This document shows positions 39,779-53,000 of a stretch of DNA of 64,000 nucleotides, one piece after another. Below the pieces are notes generated by a model. It had not been told where the DNA came from. It saw only the letters and a program-made list of their open reading frames with translations, and searched no databases. The stretch covers positions 21,514,001-21,578,000 of the forward strand of contig OX597834.1 in assembly GCA_951406725.2 (NCBI GenBank). Direction: 5' to 3'. Source of the stretch: Octopus vulgaris. Taxonomy: Eukaryota. Position 1 is the stretch's first letter. Each line of letters starts with the position of its first letter. A program made the position numbers and the translations under genes.

Positions 39779-40182
39779 TACTCTTTTACTCTTTTACTTG
39801 TTTCAGTCATTTGACTGCAGCCATGCTGGAGCACCGCCTTTAGTCGAGCAAATCAACCCCGGGACTTATTCTTTGTAAGCCCAGTACTTATTCTATCGGT
39901 CTGTTTTGCCGAACTGCTAAGTGACGGGGACGTAAACCCACCAGCATCGGTTGTCAAGCAATGCTAGGGGGACAAACACAGACACACAAACACACACAAA
40001 CATATATATATATACATATATACGACAGGCTTCTTTCAGTTTCCGTCTACCAAATCCACTCACAAGGCATTGGTCAGCCCAGGGCTATAGCAGAAGACAC
40101 TTGCCCAAGATGCCACGCAGTGGGACTGAACCCGGAACCATGTGGTTGGTTAGCAAGCTACTTACCACACAGCCACTCCTGC

Positions 40183-40185
<3 letters not shown>
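39779..40185 (-). mobile_element. SINE family A, full length, inserted in (TA)n
   Basis: Complete reverse-complement copy. Confidence 0.9.
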
Positions 40186-40242
<57 letters not shown>

Positions 40243-40709
40243 GTTGCTTAGAGGTTAGGGTGTTGGCCTCACAATCATAAGATTGCAGTTTCGATTCCTG
40301 GACCAGGTGACGCATTGTGTCCATGAGCTAAACACCTCATTTCCTGTTGCTCCAGTCCAATCAGCCGGCAATAGGGAGTAATCCTGCAAGGGACCTGCAT
40401 CCCATCCAGGTGGGAAATATATATATGTCACGGAAACCAGAAAACCAGCCCTCATGAGTCAGCATGACTCGAGACAGTAACCTTACCTTTATCTTTTTTT
40501 TACCTCCCTATCCGCCCCTTGACAGCACGGACGGAAAAACAGACATTAAACTGACAATTGCCTAAAACAGCAGTTAAATCTAAATGAGATGGAATAAGTC
40601 TATTGCCATTCTATGCCAGTTCATTTTTTTTTTCTATTTAACTTCCCATATAACTGAAGTTTTAGGACGGTTATGTGTGTGTATATATATATAAATATAT
40701 AAATATATT

Positions 40710-40768
<59 letters not shown>

Positions 40769-40776
40769 ATATATGT

Positions 40777-40821
<45 letters not shown>

Positions 40822-40851
40822 ATTATATGTATATATATATATGTGTATATT

Positions 40852-40888
<37 letters not shown>

Positions 40889-41138
40889 GTATATATCTTC
40901 TCTTTATATTATCGTATATAACATGAATTTAATGGCACCAATTTAAGTACTTAGTACAAAACTACAGACATTCCATTACTATCTAAGTGTTCTCATACTA
41001 ATTTTTCTGTCAAATTAATAGCATTTTATTAATATCTCTCATGACTTCCAACATAAAAAAACTTAGTACTACTGCTACTACTACTACTACTGCTGCTGCT
41101 GATGATGATGATGCTCTTCTTATTCTTATTCTTATTAT

Positions 41139-41364
41139 GGCAGCAAACTGGTAGACTTTTTAGAGTGCCAGACAAAAAAGTTTAGCAACATTTTGTCTGT
41201 CATTACATTCTGAGTTCAAATTCCACCGAGGTCAGCTTTGCCTTTCATCTTTTCAGGGGCAAATAAAATAAGTACCAGTTATGCACTGGGGTTGATGTAA
41301 TCAACTAACCCACTCTCTCAAACCTGCCGGCCTTGTTCCTATTGTAGGAAAACTATTATTATTA

Positions 41365-41405
<41 letters not shown>

Positions 41406-41690
41406 ATTATTATTATTAGTATTATTATTATTATCATTATTATTATTATTATTATTATCAGTATTACAGCAGCAAGCTGGCAATGCTGGGCAAAATGCTT
41501 AGCAGTATTGCATCCATTTTTTATTGATGTTCTGGGTTCAAATTCCACCGAGGTCCACTTTGCCTTTCATTCTTTTGGGGCTGGTAAAATAAGTACCAGT
41601 TACGTGCTGAGGTCGACGTAATTGATTATCCCCCTTCCCCAAATTTCAGGCCTTGTGCCTATAGTAGAAAGGATTCTTATTATTATTATG

Positions 41691-41731
<41 letters not shown>

Positions 41732-41960
41732 TGTTATTATTATTATGGCAGTGAGCTGACAGAATCATTAGCATGCTGGCCAAAATGCTTAGCGGCATTT
41801 CGTCCGTCTTTACTTTCTGAGTTCAAATTCCACCAAGGTCAGCTTTGCCTTTCATCCTTTTAGGGTCAATTAAATATGTACCAGTTACACACTGGGGTTG
41901 ATGTAACTGACTCATCCCCTCTCCCAAAATTACTGCCCCTTGTGTTAAAATTTGAAACCA
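41139..41960 (+). mobile_element. Three consecutive SINE family B copies separated by (TTA)n
   Basis: Copies at ~41139-41350, 41468-41675 and 41747-41960. Confidence 0.8.
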
Positions 41961-41987
41961 TTATTATTATCATTATTATTGGAGGAG

Positions 41988-42325
41988 GTGACCCCCCCTT
42001 TGGTCATGAATAACCATGGGTTTGCACCTAGAAAGTTACCCTCCAAGGCACAAGTCTGGGCAAGGTTTGTTATGGAAGACCAGCAGTCACCCATGCATAC
42101 CAGCCTCCCCTCTCCACACCACTGATGTTATCCAAGGGAAAGGCAAAGGGGCTGATACAGCTTTGCACCGGTGATTTCGCAACTCATTTCTACAGCTGAG
42201 TTAAGTGGAGCAACGTGAGATAAAGTGTCTTGCTCAAGAACACAGCACACAGCCTGGTCCAGGAATTGAACTCACAATCACACTATCATAAGCTCAACGC
42301 TCAAACCACTGAGCCATGTGCTTTC
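41988..42325 (-). mobile_element. SINE family D copy
   Basis: Reverse-complement match to 52199-52530. Confidence 0.85.
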
Positions 42326-42357
42326 ACTATTATTGTTGTTGTTATTATTATTATTCA

Positions 42358-42397
<40 letters not shown>

Positions 42398-42949
42398 CAT
42401 TATTATTACGGTTTTTATGTGAACACCTCTTTAAACCTGAAGCTAGTATGGTTTTTAAATAACTGGAGACATTTTCGAAAGACATTAGATATTTTAAGCA
42501 CCAATTTGAAACCAAAAAGATTACACAAGTTCAGTGAAACTTTTTCACCTCAAATTACAGCTTTTAATCTCTCTAATATAGTTTTACATTTATTAAATCT
42601 TTGCAGCTCAAGTCATCATTTCACATTCTTTAAAAGGAGAAAGAAAAGGGGGGGGGGGGGAAATACTTCATCATTATATTATTGTGCTAACATAAAATGT
42701 TATAAAAAAAAATTTCAAACCCCCCCCACCAGCGGAAGGTGCATCGGAAAAGTGCATTATTTGTGTCTTTTATCGGAAGGCATTATCGAGGTAAATGTAA
42801 ACGGAATCAAAACACAGACATCTTTTCATTTTAATTCAATATCTTTACATCAAGGTTTTAACAAAGAATGGCAGATAAAATAATAATAATAATAATAATA
42901 ATAATGGTGGTGGTTTCAACTTTTGACAGACATATCCCATCCTGTTCAA

Positions 42950-43640
42950 TACAAGGTAGCCTGACTGTGGAAAATGAAGAAGTTGAAGACAGTGCCAATT
43001 AGTGTTGGGTCCCTGGGGACAACAATAGAAGGCATCAATGGGGAGTATAATAGAAATGGGAATAGGCGCAGGAGTGGCTGTGTGGTAAGTAGCTTGCTAA
43101 CCAACCACATGGTTCCGGGTTCAGTCCCACTGCGTGGCATCTTGGGCAAGTGTCTTCTGCTATAGCCCCGGGCCGACCAATGCCTTATGAGTGGATTTGG
43201 TAGACGGAAACTGAAAGAAGCCTGTCGTATATATGTATATATATATTTATGTATGTGTGTTTGTCCCCCTAGCATTGCTTGACAACAGATGCTGGTGTGT
43301 ACGTCCCCGTCACTTAGCGTTTCGGCAAAAAAGAGACCGATAGAATAAGTACTGGGCTTACAAAGAATAAGTCCCGGGGTCGATTTGCTCGACTAAAGGC
43401 GGTGCTCCAGCATGGCCGCAGTCAAATGACTGAAACAAGTAAAAGAGTAAAAGAGAGAGTGCCCAGTAGAGTTGTTACAAAAGGTTTGCCTCAGTGGTAA
43501 GGCCATCATCATCTTGAAAGTATGAGGTAGTTGAAAAGAATAGATAGCATGGTACCATAGGCTGCAGGTAGCAAAGCAAACCTCGTAGACATGCAAGATT
43601 CCAGGAGTTCCAATAGAACCTGAATTAAAAAGAATAATTA
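42950..43640 (+). mobile_element. R4/Dong-type LINE 3' relic split by SINE-A
   Basis: LWKMKKLKTVPISVGSLGT before the SINE and ECPVELLQKVCLSGKAIIILKV after it, matching the RLE C-terminal pattern W....VP.V.G.LG...LQK..L.GTA.I.RKV; ends in an A/AAT tail. Confidence 0.7.
43065..43459 (+). mobile_element. SINE family A, full length
   Basis: Complete copy from GGCGCAGGAGTGG to the tail. Confidence 0.9.
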
Positions 43641-43901
43641 TTAAGAAATGGAATAAGGATCAATGTGATAAAATCTTTGAGATTCTGGTGTAAGCACCTG
43701 ATAAAATGGTCTCATTATTTTATTACAGCCCTTTAGGTTCTGTGTTCAAATCTCACCATTCTTGTCTTTGAAATTTGTCTTCATGTTCTGTTCGTGAAAT
43801 TAAGCAGCAGAGAAATACTGAGGCTGATTAAATTATTTACAGGTAAAATACACAAGAATGATGCAAACGAAATAACTATTTATATATATATATATATATG
43901 A

Positions 43902-43966
<65 letters not shown>

Positions 43967-44507
43967 TACTGTGATGGAAATGTGTGTAGCGAAGAGTATG
44001 TTTATGTTTGGTTGTGTGGTTTAGGAGTTTGCTTCTCGACCGCGTGATTTCAGGTTCCATCTCACTGTAAGCTACTTCAGCCAACCAAATGTTTTTTAGT
44101 GTAGCTGGTAGATGGAGACTGAAAGAAGCCCATAATATATGTATATGTATAATATATATTTTTCGACTAAGGTATCTTTCGCCTGAAGCATAGCAAGAGG
44201 TTTACCCCTCATTTGGCTAATTACTACTTCCAAGGTGCTGCTAGCTACGAAACATATGTAGCCAAGATTTTATGTACTCCATTCCTTTAATTTCAGTTTT
44301 TATCCCCATACACAGCAACCACAGCTGCTGTCCGTAAGCTATAAAACAATTTTTCCAGCTTATCAAACTTCAGTATTGGTAAAACTTAGAACCTTCTACA
44401 TCAATAGACCACTGTTGTTCCTGAAAGTCAGTTTTTATACCTTCTACACACTGCTTGAGGCTTATTAACTTCCTACACCTTGATGCTTGGATCTTATTAC
44501 ATATTAC

Positions 44508-44568
<61 letters not shown>

Positions 44569-44613
44569 AAACAAGTCAAGATAGAAAATGCTAAAATAAT
44601 TTTATAAAGAACA

Positions 44614-44656
44614 TTTCAGTACCGGTTTCGGTCATTTGAGACCTTTTCAACTGTAA
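44614..44656 (-). ncRNA. Minimal type I hammerhead ribozyme motif, U3:A8 variant (antisense copy)
   Basis: Minus strand TTACAG-TTGAAAA-GGTC-TCAAAT-GACC-GAA-ACCGGT-A-CTGAAA. Confidence 0.6.
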
Positions 44657-44782
44657 CCATTAAAAAATTAAATTTAGAAAAATTAAAAGAAAAGTTTTTT
44701 TTAAAAGAATATTTGTATAGTGTTCAAATATAAGTGGCATTTTCCTTTTCTTTTAATTTTTCTAAATTTAATTTTGTAATTG

Positions 44783-44825
44783 TTACAGTTGAAAAGGTCT
44801 CAAATGACCGAAACCGGTATTGAAA
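44783..44825 (+). ncRNA. Minimal type I hammerhead ribozyme motif, U3:A8 variant (same strand as the NAV exon)
   Basis: TTACAG-TTGAAAA-GGTC-TCAAAT-GACC-GAA-ACCGGT-A-TTGAAA; stem II GGTC/GACC, palindromic stem III ACCGGT, GUA site. Confidence 0.6.
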
Positions 44826-44913
44826 TGTTCTTTATAAAATTATTTTAGCATTTTCTATCTTGACTTGTTTTTTCATATATATCAACTTGTGTGTCCCTAT
44901 TCATCCTTATACG

Positions 44914-44944
<31 letters not shown>

Positions 44945-44946
<2 letters not shown>

Positions 44947-45325
44947 GGCACAATGGACCAGTGGCTAGGGCAGTGGACTCGTGGTCGTACGATTGTGGTT
45001 TTGATTCCCAGACCGGGTGATGTGAGTGTTTATTGAGTGAAAGAACCTAAAGCTCCATGAGGCTCTGGCAGTGGGTGGTGGCAAACCCTGTTGTACTCTT
45101 TCACCAAAAGTTTCTCTCACGCTATCTTCCTGTTTCTGGTGTACCTGCAATTCAAAGGGGCCAGTCCAGGCTTGTAACACACAGTGTTATGCTGAATCTC
45201 CCCGAGAACTACATTAAGAGTACATGTGTCTGTGGAGTGCTCAGCCACTTGCACGTTGATTTCACAAGCTGGCTGTTCCTTTGATCAGATCAACTGGAAC
45301 CCTCATCATCGTAACCGACAGTGCC
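44945..45325 (+). mobile_element. tRNA-head SINE, family D-related
   Basis: ggaggcacaatggaccagtggctagggcag head; 3' half shared with 19010-19190. Confidence 0.7.
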
Positions 45326-45342
45326 ACGATGTATATATATAT

Positions 45343-45379
<37 letters not shown>

Positions 45380-45544
45380 AAATATATATATATATATATA
45401 TATATATACTCTCAGGTGAGCACATAAGTGCAAAACAAGGTGGTAAAATCGTACTCAAATACCAAAGGTAGAATAATATAGATTTTATTAAAGCTGAAAT
45501 ATGTTGAAGTCCTGTGGTTCACTGGTTCCTATTCCTATGTCAGC

Positions 45545-45642
45545 ATGGAAAACAGATGCTAAATGAAGATGCTGAAGGTATGTATATATATATATATATA
45601 TATACATACCTTCAGCAACTTCATTTAACATCTGTTTTCCAT
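45545..45642. repeat. ~98-bp palindrome centred on (TA)n
   Basis: atggaaaacagatgctaaatgaagatgctgaaggtatg(ta)n cataccttcagcaacttcatttaacatctgttttccat. Confidence 0.9.
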
Positions 45643-45659
45643 ATATATATATATATAAA

Positions 45660-45977
45660 GAGGGTAAAGACCCCCTTCGGTCATGAATGACCATGGGATT
45701 GCACCTAGAAAGTTACCCTCCTAGACACAAGTCCGGGCAAGGTTATTTATGGAAGACCAGCAGTCGCCCATGCATACCAGTGTTATCCAAGGGAAAGACA
45801 AAGGTCGATACAGCTTGGCACCAGTGACGTCGCAACTCATTTCTACAGCTGAGTGAACTGGAGCAACGTGAAATAAAGTGCCTTGCTCGAGAACACAACA
45901 CGCAGCCCGGTCCGGGATTCGAGCTCACAACCTCACGATCGTAAGCTCGACGCTCTAACCACTGAGCCATGCACCTT

Positions 45978-45978
<1 letters not shown>
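45660..45978 (-). mobile_element. SINE family D copy
   Basis: Reverse-complement match to 52199-52530 with an internal deletion. Confidence 0.85.
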
Positions 45979-46012
<34 letters not shown>

Positions 46013-46043
46013 GTGTATATAGATATACAGACACACACACAAG

Positions 46044-46075
<32 letters not shown>

Positions 46076-46658
46076 TACAATGGGCTTCTTTCAGTTTCTG
46101 CCTACTAAATTCACTCACAGGACTTTGGTTGGCCCTAGGCGATAAGGTGCCCAAGGCATAAGGTGCCACACATTTGAACTGAACCCGGAACCATGTGGTT
46201 GGTGAGCAAGCTACTTACCACACAGCCACTCCTGTACCTATATATATATATAAAGTGGTATAATTTTCTTGTAGGTACCATCTAAACATCAAGTGTTATA
46301 AAAATCAAGGTATATCCAACAGCATCATCATCATCATCATCCTCCTCACAAAACCTAACATACTTATATTTATACAACAGTCATACACTTTTCCACACCA
46401 GCCTCATTAAAGCACCAAAACACTGCAGTCACAACCACTACCACCAGCACCACACCTCCACCATGTCTACTATCACTACAGAAGCAACAAAAACTACAAC
46501 AAAACCAGGCCCAAAGATTAAGATGAGACATAGTTCTGTGTGCGTTAGGTGTGGCACTGGCACAACCCTTTTTTGTTTCCTATTGTATGTCTCTCTTTCT
46601 CTCCACTCTTTCTCCCACCATCTACATCTATCTATCTTTCTATCTATCTATCTATCTA

Positions 46659-46690
<32 letters not shown>

Positions 46691-46743
46691 AAATAGATAT
46701 ATAATGCATATATTATACATATATAAATATATATATATATATT

Positions 46744-46776
<33 letters not shown>

Positions 46777-46969
46777 GTATATATATAATCACACACACAC
46801 ACACACACACACATATGTATGTATGTATCCACATATATAGACACATACACACATACATATGCATATGTATGTGTTATATATATATATATATATATAAATA
46901 TATATGTATGTATGATGGATGGATGGATGTATATAAGTATGCATTAACATTTCTATATTTGTTTGTGAA

Positions 46970-47048
<79 letters not shown>

Positions 47049-47075
47049 TATCTCTCGCTATATATGATTGGGTGG

Positions 47076-47121
<46 letters not shown>

Positions 47122-47189
47122 CTTTCATCAGTTCGTTACCTGTAGAAAGTCTACTTAATCAAACATTGCCATCTATATGATGGTAGGAG

Positions 47190-47232
<43 letters not shown>

Positions 47233-47618
47233 ATGCAAGCAAAGAACTAACAACTTCAGGGAGAGAGGGACGGTGGGGTAGCAGCTGCAGGAATTTTATA
47301 AACAATAGCAGAATCTCCTCAGTCTCTCTTCCCCTCTATGTCTTACTCAGGGGCCTTCTCTCTCTAGCGAGAGAGAGAGAGAGATAAAACTTGGATGTTC
47401 TGTTCTGATACTTATTAATTTACATATATTTATGTGTGTGTGTGTTTGTGTATTAATATTTAGCAGAAGCAACAGAGTGACTGTAGGGCTGAGAGTTTTG
47501 TGCACTAGCACCAAACACACTTCCACCAGTATATATATATATATATATTTATACATGTGTGTGTATGTATCTATATCTACATATCTATATCTCTCTATAT
47601 ATATAGGTGTGTATACAT

Positions 47619-47771
<153 letters not shown>

Positions 47772-48045
47772 AACCCTTGATCTGTACCTTCTTGTCTCTC
47801 TCTTTCTCTCTCCCTTCCTTATCTCTATCAAATTCCTCGTTTTGTACTTCATTACTTTTCTCTCTCTCTCTCAATCATTCTCACTCACTTTATCTCTCTC
47901 CCCCTTTCACTCTCTCTCTCTCAGTTCCCTACCTCCTCTATTTCCTTCCTCTTTCTATCACTAAATATATTCAGTGTTCTCTTTCCCCACCCCCACTCCA
48001 TTCTTTTCCATTTTCTGTCATTTTTTCAGCATATGCTGCACACAT

Positions 48046-48096
<51 letters not shown>

Positions 48097-48270
48097 AACA
48101 CAGCACACACACACATACACGTAAAGATTTGCAGATACACATAAACACCCTCATACACCACTAAACACACTCACATACACATACATGTACATAAATAAGC
48201 ACACACACTCAAATAAATGCACACATGCATACTCAACATAAACACAGACCTATACACATACACACACACT

Positions 48271-48307
<37 letters not shown>

Positions 48308-48448
48308 CATTCCTTACTTCTGCAATCTTGTTTTTTTTCCTGTCCACGTGTTCTCCATTCTAACTTTTGTTAATTTCTTTTGTATCTCATTCTTTTTCTT
48401 TTCTTTTTCATATTATTCTTTCATAATATATATATGTTTGTGAGTGTA

Positions 48449-48507
<59 letters not shown>

Positions 48508-48595
48508 CAGATTTATAGAAAAACGAAAGACAAAGAGAAGTGTAGGAAGAACAAGCAAGTGTATTAGTTTGACACACGGGAAAGATAGGAAAAGA

Positions 48596-48631
48596 CTTTT
48601 ATGTTTCGAGCCTATGCTCTTCGACAGAAAG
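48596..48631 (-). ncRNA. Hammerhead-like motif in a Penelope-like relic (~48505-48700)
   Basis: Minus strand CTTT-CTGTCGA-A-GAGC-ATAG-GCTC-GAA-ACAT-A-AAAG; same family as 37040. Confidence 0.45.
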
Positions 48632-48855
48632 GATTAAGAGGAAATTAGTAGAGAGAGGATGAAAAAAAAAAACGTGTAGAGTTCAGTGGTACAACATGTA
48701 TATGTATGTATATATATATATATGTGTGTGTGTGTCTACATATAAATATATATATATATACACACACACACATATATATATAGCTTATCAGATCCAGTCA
48801 AACCATCCAACTCAGGCCAGCATGGAAAACAGATGTTAAATAATGTTGTGGATAT

Positions 48856-48906
<51 letters not shown>

Positions 48907-48914
48907 CATGTGTA

Positions 48915-48952
<38 letters not shown>

Positions 48953-49567
48953 CATATGTATATATGTATGTAGTTATGTATGTATGTGTGTGTATATATA
49001 TATATATACACACACACACATACATACATACCTACATAAAAACATACACATATATCTATTTTGGTGTTAGGAAGGGCATCCAGCTGTAGAAACCTCGCCA
49101 GATCAGACTGGAGCCTGGTGCAGCCTTCTGGCTTCCCAGACCCCGGTCGAACTGTCCAACCCATGCTAGCATGGGAAACGGACGTTTAATGATGATGATG
49201 ATGATGATGAAGAGGATGATGATGATGTATGTATGTATGCATACATAAACATATATGTATATTTGTGTACACACATACACACACACACACATGCACACAA
49301 TTCCGTCCTGTTCTGTCTACTTTCTTTGAGTGAATCTTTTCATGGAATTTCCCCAAAGCAAAATGATTATTTCTTTTATATTTGAGGGCAGGGGCAAATT
49401 GATTGCTGTTGTTGTTGTTGTCTAAACATACCATAGTTTATAAATTATTAGTCATTTTTCCATCTACACTCTCTCACCTCTATCCATACATCATCCATCT
49501 TTTCAGACCTTAACATTGTATACACACACTCACATGCAAACACATATTTGTGTATGTATGTATACAC

Positions 49568-49615
<48 letters not shown>

Positions 49616-50051
49616 AATGAAAATTTATATATAAAGAACGTGAAATACACGAAGGGACGAACACAGAAAACAGACAAGTCATTCGAAGCCTTCAATCTTC
49701 AGTCAGAAACCGAATCATCATGGCAAATTTCGGCTGATTAATTCTATTTGCTCCAACTCGGCCAGCCCCAAGGAAAAAACTAAGCTGTGAGCATTAGATT
49801 TCTTGGTAGAAGGAAAGAATGTAAACAGAGAGAGAGAGAGAGATAATGTGTATACATACATATATATACATGTATGTATGTATATAAAATGGTAGTGTTA
49901 ATTACAAAAACAATGTAGATAGAATAAGTGGATTTCTTTAATTTTATCTTTCTGTCTCCTCTTTTTCCTGTTTTCCCCTCCTATTCCTCCTTTTATTCCA
50001 TCTCTGTATCTCTCTCTCATTTTCACTTATGTTCACCATGGCAATGTGTTT

Positions 50052-50115
<64 letters not shown>

Positions 50116-50308
50116 ATATAGATAGATAGATAAACAGATAGCCGGACAGATTTAGGTGCAAGTGTGGCTGTGTGGTAAGAAGCTTGCTTCCCAACCACAT
50201 GGTTCTGGGTTCAGTCCCACTGCATGGCACCTTGGGCAAGAGTCTTCTACTATAGCCTTGGGCTGACAAAAGCCTTGTGAGTGGATTTGGTTGACAGAAA
50301 CCCATCGT

Positions 50309-50343
<35 letters not shown>

Positions 50344-50430
50344 TATATACATATATCTGTGTGTGTCTTTGTGTCTGTGATTGTCTCCCCATCATCGTCT
50401 GACAACTGGTGTTGGTGTGTTTACATCTCT

Positions 50431-50480
50431 GTTAACCCTCAGCCGTTGGGAATTCGAATTTCCAACGGCTGAGGATTAAC
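50431..50480. repeat. 50-bp palindrome with TTAA at both ends (possible minimal piggyBac-like relic)
   Basis: gTTAACCCTCAGCCGTTGGGAATTC|GAATTTCCAACGGCTGAGGATTAAc; 23 of 25 positions are Watson-Crick pairs. Confidence 0.8.
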
Positions 50481-50884
50481 ATGCCTGGAAACTTAAAATG
50501 CTAAAGGAATTTGAATGAAACTGTTTTGATCCATACATGTAACTCCCAATAAATTTGCTACTCACATTTTAGAAGAGAGGGTGGGGGTGCTGGGGTTGTA
50601 TTGTACATGTTTTCTTTTTCTATAACTGTATACCTACTTTTGCACCCACCTGTATATCCATTATGGCCAATCTTATCAATCTGTTTCACATTAGATATTC
50701 AATAGAGTGTTAGGTAACAGTCCGATTATGTAACCTTGTGCTCATCAGAGGTAGCTGTTATGAAATAAAATATGGCAACTGCTCTCAACAGTTGGAGAGA
50801 ATAGACACATCTGGTTTGTGGTTGCTGTAAAAAAGAGGATGAAGTGAATCGAGCAGGGGACTGAGTTAAGAATTATATGTGTGT

Positions 50885-50923
<39 letters not shown>

Positions 50924-52198
50924 GGAAACTCGATTTACAAATGTGATTCATTCCTGAAAGCCATTCATCATCCAAAATGTTCATAAACCAAACCAATTTT
51001 TCACATAGAGAAGGCAGGACAAATTCAAGCGGGGACGTGCACTGAGGGAAAGGTAGACAGCAACTGACTCTCTCTTGTTGATAGGCTCAGCTTGTTGCCA
51101 ACCACCCTTGCTGCCTTGCATGTTTGTTACTTGAACCCCTGTTTGCCACCCGAAACAGTTTATGTTTGAAAAATTGGCCATAAACAAATATGTTTGTGAT
51201 AAGAGACGTTCAAAAACCGAAGTTGTACTGAATGTCCATTTTTCTATTTCTTTTTAAGATGACAGGGTGTGGCCTGAGGGAAAATTTAAGTGATTTTAAA
51301 AAGTTGGAAACCATGATAACTTTATGAAATATGGTAATTTATCTACTAGCCCCCATCTTTCTCTAATCTTCAAAGCCTCCTTCCACCACCAGGAGGGCGG
51401 GGAGCATGGTTCCCGCCTCTAGGAAAAAAAAAAAAAAAAGACTACCCCCTAGACTACATAGAGCAAATCACCATATTGAACTTATTTAACATTTGCACTG
51501 ATGCAGTAAACAATAATCTCCTGTTAACAAGCTCAGCTTTATAACTCCATCACACTTTTTAAAAAAATATAATATTTCAAAAAATATAACTTAGTCATTT
51601 ACTTCATCGATCCATTTCCTTTGATGTCTATGTACACAAAACAAAACAAAATGTTATCAAATAACTCTGCTATATTGTTCGCTGTTATTGTTTATTGTTT
51701 ATTTTTAAAAACACAATAGTTTTATAGTTTATTTGCTGTTTTACATGTCTATGATGCATTCATTTTATCACAACAATGTAATGTGTTTCTGTTATCTTTA
51801 CCACACTAATACATTTTATAATAATTATATTTGTACTGTCTGTAATATATTTGTATTACATTAATTCCTTTTATTATAATTATATTGTGTTGTCTTCGGT
51901 GTTTTTGTAGTGCCTTTTACCTTACAAGTTCTCATAATACATTTGTACAATCTTTCTGCAATACAAATGACGATAACATATTAGAGACATTATCGTAATA
52001 CTTTTGTCTGCGACTGTAAAGGACAAACTGCAGACCGCAGGACTTTCTGAATGGCCTGTCTTGAAATGTTTTATTGTAGTAAGGTTGGTCTGATGAAGAA
52101 CCATGACTCATGTGGCCTGCTTCATGGGAAAGGTTGCTCATTCCTGGCTTCCGATATACATATATGATTATGGTAGTCTCTCATAGTCTCTCATGTGA

Positions 52199-52530
52199 AG
52201 GCGCATGGCTCAGTGGTTAGAGCGTCGAGCTTACGACCGTGAGGTTGTGAGCTCGAATCCCGGACCGGGCTGCATGTTGTGTTCTTGAGCAAGACACTTT
52301 ATTTCACGTTGCTCCAGTTCGCTCAGCTGTAGAAATGAGTTGCGACGTCACGAGTGCCAAGCTGTATCGACCTTTGCCTTTCCCTTGGATAACACTGGTG
52401 GCATGGAGAGGGGAGGCCGGTATGCATGGGCGACTGCTGGTCTTCCATAAACAACCATGCCCAGACTTGTGACTAGGAGGGTAACTTTCTAGGTGCAATC
52501 CCACGGTCAGTGTTGTGACCGAAGGGGGTC
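52199..52530 (+). mobile_element. SINE family D, full length and young-looking (CpG retained)
   Basis: tRNA-like head TGGCTCAGTGGTTAGAGC...AGCTCGAATCCC, then gtgttcttgagcaagacactt. Confidence 0.85.
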
Positions 52531-52539
52531 CCGGATCCA

Positions 52540-52953
52540 TAGTCGAAGACAGACGGTTCTGCAGTTCTTTGCCAAACAATCAGCACAAATGATATGTTTA
52601 TAGTCGTTTGTGCTGCAACGTTCTCTCACTCCCTCCATCAAAACTGATGTTGCCTGAACGGGTGCATGCAGTACCGCATGTCAAGTGTTGAAGTGATTGC
52701 AAAGCAATGTGAGATGAAGTACCTTGCTCAAGAACACAACACATCACCCAGTCCGGGAATTGAAACCACAATCTTGTAATTGTGAGCATAACTATAGGCG
52801 CAGGAGTGACTGTGTGGTAAGTAGCTTGCTTACCAACCACATGGTTCCAGGTTCAGTCCCACTGCGTGGCACCTTGGGCAAGTGTCTTCTACTATAGCCT
52901 CGGGCCGACCAAAGCCTTGTGAGTGGATTTAGTAGACAGAAACTAAAAGAAGC

Positions 52954-53000
<47 letters not shown>

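Larger units (their letters stand above)
44559..44882. mobile_element. Inverted pair of Penelope-like pLTR fragments (~135-bp arms, ~50-nt spacer) within (TA)n
   Basis: 44559-44694 and 44745-44882 are near-perfect reverse complements, and each carries a hammerhead motif. Confidence 0.75.

Noticed and set aside
49615-49815. TA-flanked segment with CCGAAA on the minus strand; similar CTGATGAAGGG at ~58666
   Set aside because: Possibly Penelope-like relics, but a full hammerhead topology could not be drawn.
51009-51052. Possible 44-nt AG...GT exon as the next NAV exon
   Set aside because: Its translation (KAGQIQAGTCTEGK) does not resemble the CH-domain continuation and the donor is weak.
51900-52160. 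Cys-containing minus-strand ORF fragments suggestive of a piggyBac C-terminal domain; CTGATGA at ~52090
   Set aside because: Too degenerate to assign by eye, and the CTGATGA lacks a stem II and GAAA.
52199-52275. tRNA-like sequence with A and B boxes
   Set aside because: No proper acceptor stem, and it continues into a SINE body; it is a SINE head. The same applies to the other heads.
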